Below are positions 10,015 to 19,936 of a DNA stretch of 64,000 bases, piece by piece. Where the stretch lies: NCBI GenBank assembly GCA_963734545.1, contig CAVTHO010000003.1, forward strand, positions 256,001 to 320,000, in the 5' to 3' direction. A model generated the notes under the pieces. It worked only from the letters and a program-made list of their open reading frames with translations. It made no database searches and was not told where the DNA came from. Both the position numbers and the translations under genes were made by a program. Position 1 is the stretch's first letter. Each line of letters opens with the position of its first letter. This DNA is from an uncultured Spirochaetota bacterium. GTDB lineage: Bacteria; Spirochaetota; Spirochaetia; SZUA-6; Fen-1364.

Positions 10015-10969
10015 AACCGCCGACATATGCGCCCGGGTCATTCAGGAAGTCGAAAAGGCCGTTGTCGGCAAGCGGCCGGTGCTGGGCCTGATGATGGCGG
10101 CGCTGTTGTCCTCGGGCGGCCACATCCTTCTGGAGGACTTCCCCGGCCTGGCCAAGACACTGATCGCCAACAGCTTCGCCGCGGCCCTCGGGATGAGCTT
10201 CAAGAGGATACAATTCACTCCCGATCTTCTGCCCGGGGACATCACGGGCGGCTACGTATTCAACAGCAGCCAGAACCAGTTCATGCTTCGCAAGGGCCCG
10301 ATCTTCGCCAATATTCTCCTCGCAGACGAGATCAACCGGGCTTCCCCCAAGACCCAGTCCGCCCTGCTGGAAGCCATGCAGGAATACCAGGTGACCCTCG
10401 AAGGGGAAACCCAGGGGCTGCCGCTGCCGTTCATCGTCATCGCCACCCAGAACCCTATCGAGTACGAAGGCACTTTCCCCCTGCCCGAGGCCCAGCTGGA
10501 CCGTTTCTTTGTCAGGTTGTCGATCGGCTATCCCAATCCCGAAGAGGAAGACGAGATACTGAGGCAGCGCACGGAACGCAGGAAAGACAGCGTGGACCTG
10601 CAGGCAGTGGTCAGCCCGGAGGTCTTCATGGCAATGCGGGCGGCGGCGGAGGAGGTGTACGTGGATCCTGACGTCCGCCGCTACATCGTCGACCTGGTGG
10701 CAAAGACCCGGCAGCACCGCCAGGTCGTGGTCGGCGCCAGCCCGCGCGCGTCGATCGCGCTCCTGAAGCTGTCCAAGGCGTGGGCCGCCATCCAGGGAAG
10801 AGACTTCGTCCTGCCGGACGACATCAAGCCGTTCATCCAGCCGGTCCTTGCCCACCGCATCGTGCTGGACCCGACCCTGTGGGACGTCAAGACATCGGAC
10901 CGGGCAGTGATCGACGAGGTGATCCGCACCGTTCCCGTGCCGGTGCTCCCCCAGCGAAATGAACGATAA
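9983..10969 (+). CDS. moxR: MoxR-family AAA+ ATPase
   Basis: HILLEDFPGLAKT, RIQFTPDLLPGD, LADEINRASPKTQSALLEAM and ATQNPIEYEGTFPLPEAQLDRF motifs. Confidence 0.95.
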   Translation: MMQPKTIACRETADICARVIQEVEKAVVGKRPVLGLMMAALLSSGGHILLEDFPGLAKTLIANSFAAALGMSFKRIQFTPDLLPGDITGGYVFNSSQNQFMLRKGPIFANILLADEINRASPKTQSALLEAMQEYQVTLEGETQGLPLPFIVIATQNPIEYEGTFPLPEAQLDRFFVRLSIGYPNPEEEDEILRQRTERRKDSVDLQAVVSPEVFMAMRAAAEEVYVDPDVRRYIVDLVAKTRQHRQVVVGASPRASIALLKLSKAWAAIQGRDFVLPDDIKPFIQPVLAHRIVLDPTLWDVKTSDRAVIDEVIRTVPVPVLPQRNER

Positions 10970-12235
10970 AGTCCTCACCCTGGCCCTGCTCAGCGTCGGC
11001 CTTCTGGTGACCGCGCTGATGACCCAGAACGGCACGCTGGCCTTCATGACGCTGCCCGTCCTGGTGTACCTGGCAGTCGGGATACTGGAATCACCGCTCC
11101 CGGGGAAGATCCGGCTCACCGCGGAACGCTCTCTCGGGATCAGGCAGACCGAGGAGGGTGCGGCAGTCGAAGTGTGCGTCGCGGTCCGGAATACCGGATC
11201 CGCGCTCGGCCGGCTCAGGCTTTCCGACGAGCCTCTGCCCGCCATGGTCATCACGGAGGGCGCCCTCCGGCAGCTCGCCGATCTGAAATCCGGGGAAGAG
11301 ACGAAGCTCACCTACACGTTCCGGACCGCGCGCGGCGGCTTTCAATGGAATACGCTGCACGCGGCCGCGAGTGACCCGTTCGGCCTGTTCGAGATCGAGC
11401 TCCAGCTGCCCGCGGCCGCCGAGGTCCTGGTCCAGCCCCGGGTGAAGAGGTTTCGCTCTTTTCCGCTCCGGCCGGCAAGCACGCTGCATTCGCCGGGCTC
11501 GATCCCCGCCCGGATCGGGGGCAGCGGCACGGACTTCTGGGGCGTGCGGGAGTACCACGCGGGCGACCCGCTCCGCCGGCTGGACTGGCGCCGCACTGCC
11601 CGGCACCCGCGCCAGTTCTTTACAAAGGAGTTCGAGCAGGAGGAGATCGCCGATATCGGGCTGATCCTGGATGCGCGTCAAAGGAGCGATTTTCGCTGCG
11701 GTGAAGACTCTCTCTTCGAGCATACTCTCCAGGCAACAGCTTCCCTGGCTGAATTGTTCCTGCGGCACGGGAACCGCGTGAGCCTGGCCCTGCCGGGGAA
11801 CCAGATGACGATCGTGTACCCCGGATACGGCAAGGTCCAGTTGAACAGGATCCTGCACAACCTTGCGAAAGCGCGGCCCGCCGGGGCGCACGGGCAGCTC
11901 TCCCTGGACCAGGTACCCCTGCGCGTGTTTGGAAGCCGCGCCCTGATCGTGATCGTGAGCCCGCTCGCATTCGGCGATCTGCCCGTTTTCCCCCGACTGC
12001 GGGCGCGAGGCAACCAGGTCCTGCTCATTTCTCCTGATTGGATCACCTTCAGGAAAAGCAGTTCCCCCCCGGATCCGCCGGCCGGCTCGCCGTGCGCCTT
12101 GCCCGCATTGAACGCCGCCTGGAGCTGCGCGGCATTGCCCAGCTCGGCATTCACGTGATCGACTGGCAGGTTCACCGGCCGCTGCCGCCCCTGGTCCGGG
12201 ATGCGCTGGGCGCGGCGCGCGCGCGGCGCGGATGA
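10959..12235 (+). CDS. DUF58 domain protein (frameshift near 12050-12070)
   Basis: DPFGLF and FWGVREYHAGDPLRRLDWRRTAR...TKEFEQE motifs. C-terminus (...GIHVIDW) is in the 12038..12235 frame. Confidence 0.88.
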
Positions 12236-12249
12236 GAAGGAGCGGGCGC

Positions 12250-12741
12250 ATGTCGCTTCGAAAAATCCTGCTTCTGCTCTGCCTGGCCGGCTCGACGGCC
12301 TGCCTGGCGGCCGCATACATCCTGGCCGGGCACTGGTGGGGGGCCTGCGCGGTGATCCTCCCGGGCGCGCTCCCCTTGTTCCACGGAAAGATTCGCGGCC
12401 GCTGGCTGCCGCCGGCATACCTGGCGGGCATGTTCGGTGCCGCCGCAGCCGGTCTTTACTCAGGAGCCTCGCCGCATCTGATGCTCCTGGGCGCCGCCCT
12501 TGCGTTGGCCGGCTGGGACCTGATGAATCTGGACCGCGCGATGGCGGGCAGCGGATCCGCGCAAACCGCCGGGCGGCTCGAAACGAGGCATGCGCGGTCT
12601 CTCGCGCTGGCCCTCGGCCTCGGCCTGTTGTCGGCGGAGGGCGGCATGGCGTTGTCTCTCCCGCTGCCATTTCCGATCATGCTCCTGCTCGTGATCCTGG
12701 TCGTTTTCAGCCTGAGCCGGGTTTTCCGCGCGCTGAGTTGA
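12250..12741 (+). CDS. Small integral membrane protein of the MoxR operon
   Basis: Highly hydrophobic, contains ALAGWDL, and lies directly after the DUF58 gene. Confidence 0.6.
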   Translation: MSLRKILLLLCLAGSTACLAAAYILAGHWWGACAVILPGALPLFHGKIRGRWLPPAYLAGMFGAAAAGLYSGASPHLMLLGAALALAGWDLMNLDRAMAGSGSAQTAGRLETRHARSLALALGLGLLSAEGGMALSLPLPFPIMLLLVILVVFSLSRVFRALS

Positions 12742-12764
12742 GGGCCGGAGCAGGGACGGCTGCC

Positions 12765-13475
12765 ATGCCGCGCTTTGACGTAATTGCATTCGACGCGGAC
12801 GATACGCTGTGGCATTCGGAGCGTCTCTATGTGGAGGCGCAATCCGAGTTCAGGAAGCTCCTGGCGCGCTACGATTGTCCGGTCGACGAGCGCCTCCACC
12901 AGGTGGAGATGCGCAACCTGCGGCATTTTGGATACGGCATCAAGGGATTCGCCCTCTCCATGATAGAAACCGCGGTGGAGCTGACGGGCGGCCGGATCTC
13001 CGGCCCGGACATACAGGCCATCATCGACCGGGCAAAGAGAATGCTCGCGGCTGACGTGGAGCTGCTCGCGCACGTGGACGAAACCCTCAGGAGCCTGGCG
13101 GACAGGTACCCCCTGATGGTGATCACCAAGGGCGATCTCTACGACCAGGAGGGAAAGATCGCCCGCTCGGGGCTGGCCGCCCGGTTCCGCCACGTGGAGA
13201 TCGTGAGCGACAAGACCCGGGAGAGCTATGAGGCGATCCTCCGTCGTCACGGCATGGCGCCGGAGCGTTTTCTGATGGTGGGCAATTCACTGCGCTCGGA
13301 CATCCTGCCGGTGCTCGCACTGGGGGCAGTGGCGGTGTACGTGCCGCACGAGCTCACGTGGGCGCACGAGATGTCGGAGCCGCCCCCGGTCGGCCAGCCG
13401 GGCTATCACGAGATCGCGCACATCGGCCTGCTGCCGGCCCTGCTCGAGGGGCTGGAACGCCGCCGGGCGGCGTAG
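12765..13475 (+). CDS. HAD-superfamily hydrolase
   Basis: IAFDADDTLW, ITKGDL and MVGNSLRSDI motifs. Confidence 0.9.
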   Translation: MPRFDVIAFDADDTLWHSERLYVEAQSEFRKLLARYDCPVDERLHQVEMRNLRHFGYGIKGFALSMIETAVELTGGRISGPDIQAIIDRAKRMLAADVELLAHVDETLRSLADRYPLMVITKGDLYDQEGKIARSGLAARFRHVEIVSDKTRESYEAILRRHGMAPERFLMVGNSLRSDILPVLALGAVAVYVPHELTWAHEMSEPPPVGQPGYHEIAHIGLLPALLEGLERRRAA

Positions 13476-13506
13476 CTGTCCGCCTCGCGTAGCCGTCCGC
13501 CTCCCG

Positions 13507-14544
13507 TCAGCCCGGTGACTTTCCCTGCCGGGAAAAGATCATGAGCGCCACCGGGAGATAGAGCACCAGAAGGATCACGAGAGGAGCGATCATCTGCCCC
13601 GGCGGGCGCTGGCCGATGAGCCCTCTGACCACGTAGGCGGCAATCAACAGGATGCCCATCAGGTTGTGCGCGCGGATCGTGAGCATGTTCGCCGGTGCCA
13701 TGGCAGCGGGGTTCATGTAGTTCCTGCGCAGCACGACGTATGCCTTTGCGAACAGCGGAAACGTGAGAAGGCTGACGTACGTCCAGAAGGTGGTCAGGCC
13801 GAGAATCGGGGAGACGAGGATGACGAGATACGCAATTGCCCCCGAGGCCCCATAGAGCCACACCCCCGCCTCGCGCCCGAACAGGACGACGAGGGTCCGC
13901 TTTCCTCCTGTCCCGTCGCTTTCCGAGTCGGGAATCTCGTTGATCGTGATCATGGCGAACATCATCAGGCCGAGAGGCAGAACGGCGAACACCGCTTCCC
14001 AGGAAAGCGCCCGGGTCTGAACGAAATACGATCCCAGGCCGATCACCACGCTGAAGTTGAGGAGCTGGGATACCTCGCCGAAGCCGCGATACGCGTAGCG
14101 AACCGGCGGTGCCGTGTAGAAATACGCGGACAGCACGCCGATGAGCCCGAACACGAGGACCGGCCAGCCGCGCGCCACGGTGAGGAACACCCCTGCCGCG
14201 ATGGTGAGAAAATACAGGGACAGGAACACGCCACGCATGTGCGCGGGCTTGATCGCACCCGATGTGAGAAGACCGCTGCCGCCCGAGTAGGGATTCTCGA
14301 TGTGACCCGCCGCGCGGTCCACGGACTGCTTGTAGTCGTAGTAGTCGTCGGTCATGTTGAGCGCCATGTGGTTCAGCGTGACGGCAAGGGTTACCACGAC
14401 GAAGTATCCAAGTGAAAACTCGCCGAGAATCGACCAGGCCACCACCGCTCCGAGAATGGCCGGCAGAGAGCTGGGGGGAACGAAATGGTATCGACAGGCA
14501 CGCCACCAGATCGCAAGCCTTTGGAAGGCCGTGTATGAGCCCAT
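13507..14544 (-). CDS. menA: UbiA-family prenyltransferase, MenA (DHNA polyprenyltransferase)-like
   Basis: NMTDDYYDYKQSVD, NPYSGGSG, YTAPP-YAYRGFGE and NEIPDSESDGTGGKRTLVV motifs, with many TM helices. Confidence 0.8.
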   Translation of the reverse strand: MGSYTAFQRLAIWWRACRYHFVPPSSLPAILGAVVAWSILGEFSLGYFVVVTLAVTLNHMALNMTDDYYDYKQSVDRAAGHIENPYSGGSGLLTSGAIKPAHMRGVFLSLYFLTIAAGVFLTVARGWPVLVFGLIGVLSAYFYTAPPVRYAYRGFGEVSQLLNFSVVIGLGSYFVQTRALSWEAVFAVLPLGLMMFAMITINEIPDSESDGTGGKRTLVVLFGREAGVWLYGASGAIAYLVILVSPILGLTTFWTYVSLLTFPLFAKAYVVLRRNYMNPAAMAPANMLTIRAHNLMGILLIAAYVVRGLIGQRPPGQMIAPLVILLVLYLPVALMIFSRQGKSPG

Positions 14545-14630
14545 TTGAGAACCTCCCTTTGAAAGAAATGATAATACACGCCGAATCGGGTTAGAAGAAC
14601 GGCCCCGGGTTCCTTCCGGAGCTTTTCCAC

Positions 14631-14675
14631 TTGACCCGGTCCCATGATGCTCATAGAATACATAGACTGTCTATG
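14631..14675 (+). promoter_or_regulatory. sigma70 promoter followed by a palindromic operator
   Basis: TTGACC-17bp-TAGAAT (14631-14659), then the palindrome CATAGACtGTCTATG (14661-14675). Confidence 0.7.
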
Positions 14676-14717
14676 CAAAGACAGGCTACGCCAAGCGGTA
14701 CCCCGCATGGAGGTGGT

Positions 14718-16007
14718 ATGTACGATGTCGTCGTGGTGGGAGCAGGCTGCGCGGGCCCTGCAGCCGCCCGCAAGGCAGCGGGCCTGGGACTGCGAACCCT
14801 CCTGATAGAGAAAGCGCTGCACCCGGGTGCCAAGAACGTCTCCGGCACCTGTCTGAACACTGCCGCGCTCGCCGATCCGGACCTGCACTATCTCCTCGAG
14901 GGCCCTGTCGAGCGGGAGATCCGCTCCATGCGCACATACCACGTGAGCGCGGGGCGTACCACCGTGTTTCACGAGATACCTGCCCGCGGAATCCTCCTTC
15001 TCTCGATCCGCAGGGACCATTTCGACGCGTGGCACACCGAGCAGGCGCGCAAGGCAGGGGCCGAGGTGAAGCTGGGGTCCGCCGTGGTGGACCTCGTCGA
15101 GGAGCACGGCGCCGTGTGCGGCGTGGTGACCGACAACGGCGAACGCCACATGGCGCGGGTCGTCATTGACGCGGGCGGCGTGAACTCGCTGGTCGGCCGC
15201 AAGGCGGGGCTGATCGGACGGAGAAGCGGGACGGACATGATCCTGTATGTCAGCGTCGCGGTGCACCTGGGAAAGAGGCGCGTGGACGAACGGTTCGGCG
15301 ACACCATCGAGTACTACCTGGCCCCCGGATGCCAGCACAAGACGTGGCCGTGGATCTTCCCCAAGCGCGAGGTGATCACCCTCGGCACGGGCGGCTACAT
15401 GACGGCGGAGCTCATCAACAAGGACTTCCCGTCGGTCAATACGTACATGCAGAACTTCATGGACCTGCCGCCGGTCCGCGCGCGCCTGGAAGGGGGAAGA
15501 ATCGTCAACTGGGGGGTACACCTCGAATACGACGAGCCGGCGGCCGTGAGGGTACGCGACGGGTTGATCCTTTCCGGAGAGGCGGGAGGCTTTGTGACGC
15601 CTTTCCTCGGGGAGGGCATGCCGGAAGCTTTTTTCACCGGCATTTACGCGGCGGAAGCGGCCGCGAAGGCTGTCGAGGCGAACGACACGTCCGCCGCGCG
15701 CCTGCAGGGCGCGTACGAGGAGCGGCTCGATGGCAACCTCTTCATGAAGTCCTTCATGTACGTCGCGGCATGCAACAAGGCGTCGATCCTTTCCCGGTCG
15801 GACGTCGAGACCTCGACCATGATGCAGAGCGTGGCAATGGGGGGAGGATTCATCACGAGCGCCGTGCACGGCGGATGGATGGCCGCTGCGGAAGACGGGG
15901 ACATCGAAAAGGTGAGGCAGGCACGGGACTTCCTCGAGCTCCTGCAGCCCTACCGCACCATCGGGGCGGACTTCGAAGAGATCTATGAGGCGAGGAAAAG
16001 AAAATGA
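14718..16007 (+). CDS. FixC / geranylgeranyl-reductase-family FAD oxidoreductase
   Basis: YDVVVVGAGCAG, EKALHPGAKNVSG (FixC-like), RDHFDAW, WIFPK and GEAGGFVTPFLGEGM motifs. GGAGG RBS. Confidence 0.85.
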   Translation: MYDVVVVGAGCAGPAAARKAAGLGLRTLLIEKALHPGAKNVSGTCLNTAALADPDLHYLLEGPVEREIRSMRTYHVSAGRTTVFHEIPARGILLLSIRRDHFDAWHTEQARKAGAEVKLGSAVVDLVEEHGAVCGVVTDNGERHMARVVIDAGGVNSLVGRKAGLIGRRSGTDMILYVSVAVHLGKRRVDERFGDTIEYYLAPGCQHKTWPWIFPKREVITLGTGGYMTAELINKDFPSVNTYMQNFMDLPPVRARLEGGRIVNWGVHLEYDEPAAVRVRDGLILSGEAGGFVTPFLGEGMPEAFFTGIYAAEAAAKAVEANDTSAARLQGAYEERLDGNLFMKSFMYVAACNKASILSRSDVETSTMMQSVAMGGGFITSAVHGGWMAAAEDGDIEKVRQARDFLELLQPYRTIGADFEEIYEARKRK

Positions 16008-16265
16008 AGCTGGAAATGCGGGTTCGTTCCTACCCGGGGGAGACGGGAGAGTTCCTCGAGGTCGATGAGGCGCGGTGCAGCGGGTGCGGCGAATGCGCCC
16101 GGTTCTGCGTCCGCGGCGTCTGGCAGAGGGACGGGGCGGTGTATCGTCCCAGTCGTCTCTCCCTCTGCGCCGAATGCGGCGCGTGCTGGAACATCTGCCC
16201 CGCGGATGCCGTGCATTTTCGGCGAGCCTCGCGGCGGCACGGGGATCCGCTTCACGCACGGTTGA
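16004..16265 (+). CDS. FixX-like 2x[4Fe-4S] ferredoxin (1-nt frameshift near 16217)
   Basis: CSGCGECARFC and CAECGACWNICP. The FixX-type tail EPRGGTGIRFTHG lies in another frame. Confidence 0.8.
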
Positions 16266-16278
16266 GAGGAGGCAGCAG

Positions 16279-16620
16279 ATGGCAACTCGACAGGAAGTGC
16301 TCGATACCCTGAAGGCGCAGGGTGAAAGGTTCCATCACGAAAAAATCGTTTCCTCGTTCAAGGGATGGAGCAGGGTCATGCAGTACCGTTTCCCCGACCT
16401 CGACCTCTCCCTTGCTCTTCCCGTCACGGAGGGCATGGCCGGCGCCGTGGTGGAAGGAACGGTCGAGGGGGCGCAGATCGTGTACGAGATGTCCAGCGAC
16501 ACGTTCCTTGCCATCGCCCGCAAGGAGCTGAGCGGGATGAAGGCATTCACGCAGAAGCTCGTCAAGGTGAAGGCATCCATGCCGGACCTCATGAAGCTGC
16601 AGAAGCTGGATTCGGTCTGA
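16279..16620 (+). CDS. Stand-alone SCP2 (sterol carrier protein-2) lipid-binding domain protein
   Basis: MSSDTFLAIARKELSGMKAFTQKLVKVKASMPDLMKL matches the SCP2 C-terminal pattern. AGGAGG RBS. Confidence 0.75.
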   Translation: MATRQEVLDTLKAQGERFHHEKIVSSFKGWSRVMQYRFPDLDLSLALPVTEGMAGAVVEGTVEGAQIVYEMSSDTFLAIARKELSGMKAFTQKLVKVKASMPDLMKLQKLDSV

Positions 16621-16673
16621 GCCCGCCCCGGGGTGCCGCCGCGCGGAGCGCGGCAGCTGCGGCGAGGCCTGTC

Positions 16674-19600
16674 TCACTCCTGGGTGTGAATGGGCCCCCG
16701 CCACGCGGCCAGGTCCTCGACGTACTGACGGTAGTCCTCGAATCCCGCATCGAGACCGTACTGATAGACGAAACTGCTCGCAATGCTGCGGGCGAGGATG
16801 GCCCTCTGGTAGCTCTCCGGGAGCCGGTTCATGAGCCCTTCCAGGCCGACCTTGTCCACGAGGGCGGCGGGCACGTGCATGCGGAGGGAGTTCCTGCGCA
16901 CGGCGTCATTGGCAAAGAGAGTCGAACGCTCTATGGCGATCGTGATCTCATTGATCTTTCTGCTGACCGTCTCGGACAGCTCGGAGAGGGGCGCGCCGGT
17001 CGCGGCGCGGGTCTTCCACAGGAGGTCGAACTCCAGGTCCGCTTTCCGCCGTATGGCCTCGAGGACCTCCTCGATGTACCGCTCGCGGAATGCCGGCGCC
17101 GCTGATCCCGGGCGCACGGTCATGAGCTGATCGTGCTCATCGTCCGCGAGGCCCAGGCCGGCGAGAACCTCGAAAGAGGAGGAGATGACGCCGCCCTTGT
17201 TCGTGGAGCTGTCCTTGAAGAGAACGACTCCCTTCTCCTCGAGCTTCAGCCGTGCCTCCTGGGTGATGAAAAGGTTTGCGCCTTCCACGATCCAGCGGAA
17301 GAGGGGCCGGCCCTCCGCATCGATCAGCGAGCGCCAGTTCGAGAGATTGATCGACTTCGGTCTCCCGCCGCAGGGCACGAAGAGATCGGCCTTCATGCGA
17401 GGGTCCAGGTGGAACGTGTTGCGGAACCCCAGGCCGGATGCCACGCGCGTCCCGTCGGGCAGCGTCACGTCATGGTCCTTCACGCCGACCAGGAAACCCC
17501 TCGGTCCGAGCCGCGCGCGGTCGAAATGCGAGCTGTCACTGCCGGTGCGCGCCAGGCGCGCGAGCTCGTCCCGGGGCAGGCCGTCAGGATCATAGAGGAC
17601 GCCTCCCCCGTCCACGAGGGCGATGGTCTTGTCCTTCGAGATGAGGATCTCGTTGGAGCCGAGGTCCCCGTCAGGCCCGCCCGTCTGCGCCTTCCTGATC
17701 GTCTCCTCGGAGATCCCCAGCTCGCGGAGGATTCCCAGGACGTAGCGGTGAATGCCCTGGGTTGTCATGCCGTATTCCTTGTGCGAGATTCCTCCGAGAT
17801 TCGCTTCCTTGCCCGTCGTCACGGCCTTCCAATAGCGGTACCCCCGCTCGCGGGCGCGCAGGCACGCCCAGTCCATGAAGTCCGCCGTGCCTTCGTCCGG
17901 GCCGAAAAAGAGGATTTCCTCCTCCCAGCCGACTATGGTCTTGCTGTCCCCGGGGACGAGCAGGTCGAGCAGGGCATCGATGTAGCAGCGGAACGCCTGG
18001 CGGGCGTCCTCGCGGCTGGTGCCGAAAGCCGGCAGGATGATCCCCTTCGAGCCCCCCTCCGGGATGTCCTTGTTCTTCTTGTTCTGGGTGAAGGCGAGGT
18101 TGTAGCACTCCTCGAACAGCGAGTCCGCATTGTGGTGGTACTCGTCGTACGTGGCCGCGTGCAGGAGACGGATGCCTCCGCGCGCGATGTCCTTGAAGCG
18201 CACGTGGAATCCGTGGAAATCGCGGCCGACAACGAAGAACACGCCGAAGGGCACGCTCTCCATTGCGGCGCGGGAGAAGAAGCCGCTTGCCAGGCGGAAC
18301 GAGAGGGCTGATTTCACCGGCAGGAAGAAATTCGTCCGTACGATGGCATCCACGAAGCGCACCGAGCAGCGGATCACTTCCGCCTCCTCGGAGGTGAGGG
18401 TGGAGGAGGCCAGGACCGCGTCCAGTCGGGCGCGGGCGCTCCTCTCCGCCTCCGGATCCTGGTCCCCCGGGGTGAATCGGGCCGTGAACAGGCCGAAAAG
18501 GTCGTGGACGATATCCGGTCTCTCCCTGTACACCTGTTCGATGACCGCCAGTGGATACATGTCGCGGTCGATGCGCGCCTGGATCGAGGCCAGGATTCCC
18601 GAGAGCTCCCTGTCAGAATGGAAACGCTCGGAGAGGAGGCCGATGTCGGGATCCGGCACCGTGATGAACTGGTGGATGAAGGGAACCGCCGCATTCACGA
18701 AGTTCGCCTCGGCCGGCGAGTAGGTCCCCTTTTCCACGAGCGCGCCGATCTGCCCCGGCGGGTACAGGCTGACCTCCACGAGCTGGCGAAGAAGGTCCGC
18801 CGGGAAATCCGTCCGCGCATAGAGGGTCGCGACGATCACGGGCCGGGCTCCCCCGAAGGTCACCGTGTACTTCCGCGTGAGCTCGATCCCGTTCCTCGCC
18901 ATGACCCGGGTGATGTTCGCCTGGAAATGATTGATCCTTCCGCGGGGGAACCCGATCATGACCCTGTTCTCCCGGGTCTCCGCCTTGAGGGAATGCGCGA
19001 TCACAATGCTCCCTGTCGAGAGCACGGCGTCGCGCACCGCGACATAGCGCTCCCGCGCGGCGGAGTCGGTGAGACTGAGGAAGCTGGCAGGGGCGATTTC
19101 ACCGATCGTCTCGCCCTGCTGCGGATCGGAGCCGCGGTACACCACGTACAGGAGCAGGTTCGCCAGCGGCGAATAGACGGCGACGTTCAGAAGGCGCCCG
19201 CCGGCGTAGTATTCCCGCTCGATCTCCTCCTCCACCTCGAGGCCCCGGCGGCGGTGCACCCAGTGGACGGACGTGCCGTCGGGCGAGGTCGAGGATACCT
19301 TCATCTGCGCATAGGTCTCGGAGTCGAGACCGGAAAGCTCATAGGAGCGGTTCAACATGATCTGGCGCGCCATGAGCGGGGCGGGGGTGTTCCGAAGATA
19401 GTACTCGGGGAATTTCAGATCCGTCAGCCACCACTTCATCTCCTGAAGGATGCGCTCTTCGGTGAGATCGGCGATCTGGGTGTAATCCTCGGTGCTCCCT
19501 TTGCAGGAGATTTCGTCGTAGACCTGCGAGAGGAAATCCGGGTCGAGCCCCGTCCGCGCCTGAATGACGTCGAGAACGACTCTCCGCGGATACAGGACCG

Positions 19601-19865
19601 CGCGGGACAGCTCTTCCTCCGTGAGGGAAGGCTTGTGCGTGAAGAGGCGGATCCCCTCCGCTTCAGGTCTCGTCGTATCCACCAGCCACAGGAAGCGGGA
19701 AATGATGACTCGGAGGTCCAGGCACGAGCACAGCCAGGCCTTCTTCAAAGCCCGCGCGCAATGCTCACGGCTGAGGGGAAGGGGATCGGGGAGGCGGTTG
19801 AGCCATCCTTCGAGCAGGTTCTGCTGCTCCTTTGAAAATGTCCGCTTCTCTTGCGACACAGGCAT
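16674..19865 (-). CDS. Large NAD-specific glutamate dehydrogenase (~1060 aa, GDH2-like)
   Basis: GFHVRFKDIARGGIR, KNKDIPEGGSKG, FFGPDEGTA, QTGGPDGDLGSNEI, VEGANLF and NKGGVISSSFEVL motifs. GGAGGAG RBS. Confidence 0.9.
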   Translation of the reverse strand: MPVSQEKRTFSKEQQNLLEGWLNRLPDPLPLSREHCARALKKAWLCSCLDLRVIISRFLWLVDTTRPEAEGIRLFTHKPSLTEEELSRAVLYPRRVVLDVIQARTGLDPDFLSQVYDEISCKGSTEDYTQIADLTEERILQEMKWWLTDLKFPEYYLRNTPAPLMARQIMLNRSYELSGLDSETYAQMKVSSTSPDGTSVHWVHRRRGLEVEEEIEREYYAGGRLLNVAVYSPLANLLLYVVYRGSDPQQGETIGEIAPASFLSLTDSAARERYVAVRDAVLSTGSIVIAHSLKAETRENRVMIGFPRGRINHFQANITRVMARNGIELTRKYTVTFGGARPVIVATLYARTDFPADLLRQLVEVSLYPPGQIGALVEKGTYSPAEANFVNAAVPFIHQFITVPDPDIGLLSERFHSDRELSGILASIQARIDRDMYPLAVIEQVYRERPDIVHDLFGLFTARFTPGDQDPEAERSARARLDAVLASSTLTSEEAEVIRCSVRFVDAIVRTNFFLPVKSALSFRLASGFFSRAAMESVPFGVFFVVGRDFHGFHVRFKDIARGGIRLLHAATYDEYHHNADSLFEECYNLAFTQNKKNKDIPEGGSKGIILPAFGTSREDARQAFRCYIDALLDLLVPGDSKTIVGWEEEILFFGPDEGTADFMDWACLRARERGYRYWKAVTTGKEANLGGISHKEYGMTTQGIHRYVLGILRELGISEETIRKAQTGGPDGDLGSNEILISKDKTIALVDGGGVLYDPDGLPRDELARLARTGSDSSHFDRARLGPRGFLVGVKDHDVTLPDGTRVASGLGFRNTFHLDPRMKADLFVPCGGRPKSINLSNWRSLIDAEGRPLFRWIVEGANLFITQEARLKLEEKGVVLFKDSSTNKGGVISSSFEVLAGLGLADDEHDQLMTVRPGSAAPAFRERYIEEVLEAIRRKADLEFDLLWKTRAATGAPLSELSETVSRKINEITIAIERSTLFANDAVRRNSLRMHVPAALVDKVGLEGLMNRLPESYQRAILARSIASSFVYQYGLDAGFEDYRQYVEDLAAWRGPIHTQE

Positions 19866-19936
19866 CTCCTCCCCCAAGTATGCCCCAATGCTTCCTCGAT
19901 CAGAAGAGGCCGGTCGCGACCGCTGGAACAGTCGGC

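Noticed and set aside
13507-16007. Archaeal-type ether lipid pathway (DGGGP synthase plus GGR)
   Set aside because: The prenyltransferase motifs are MenA-like, the flavoprotein has a FixC-like GAKN motif, and no GGGP synthase is in the window.
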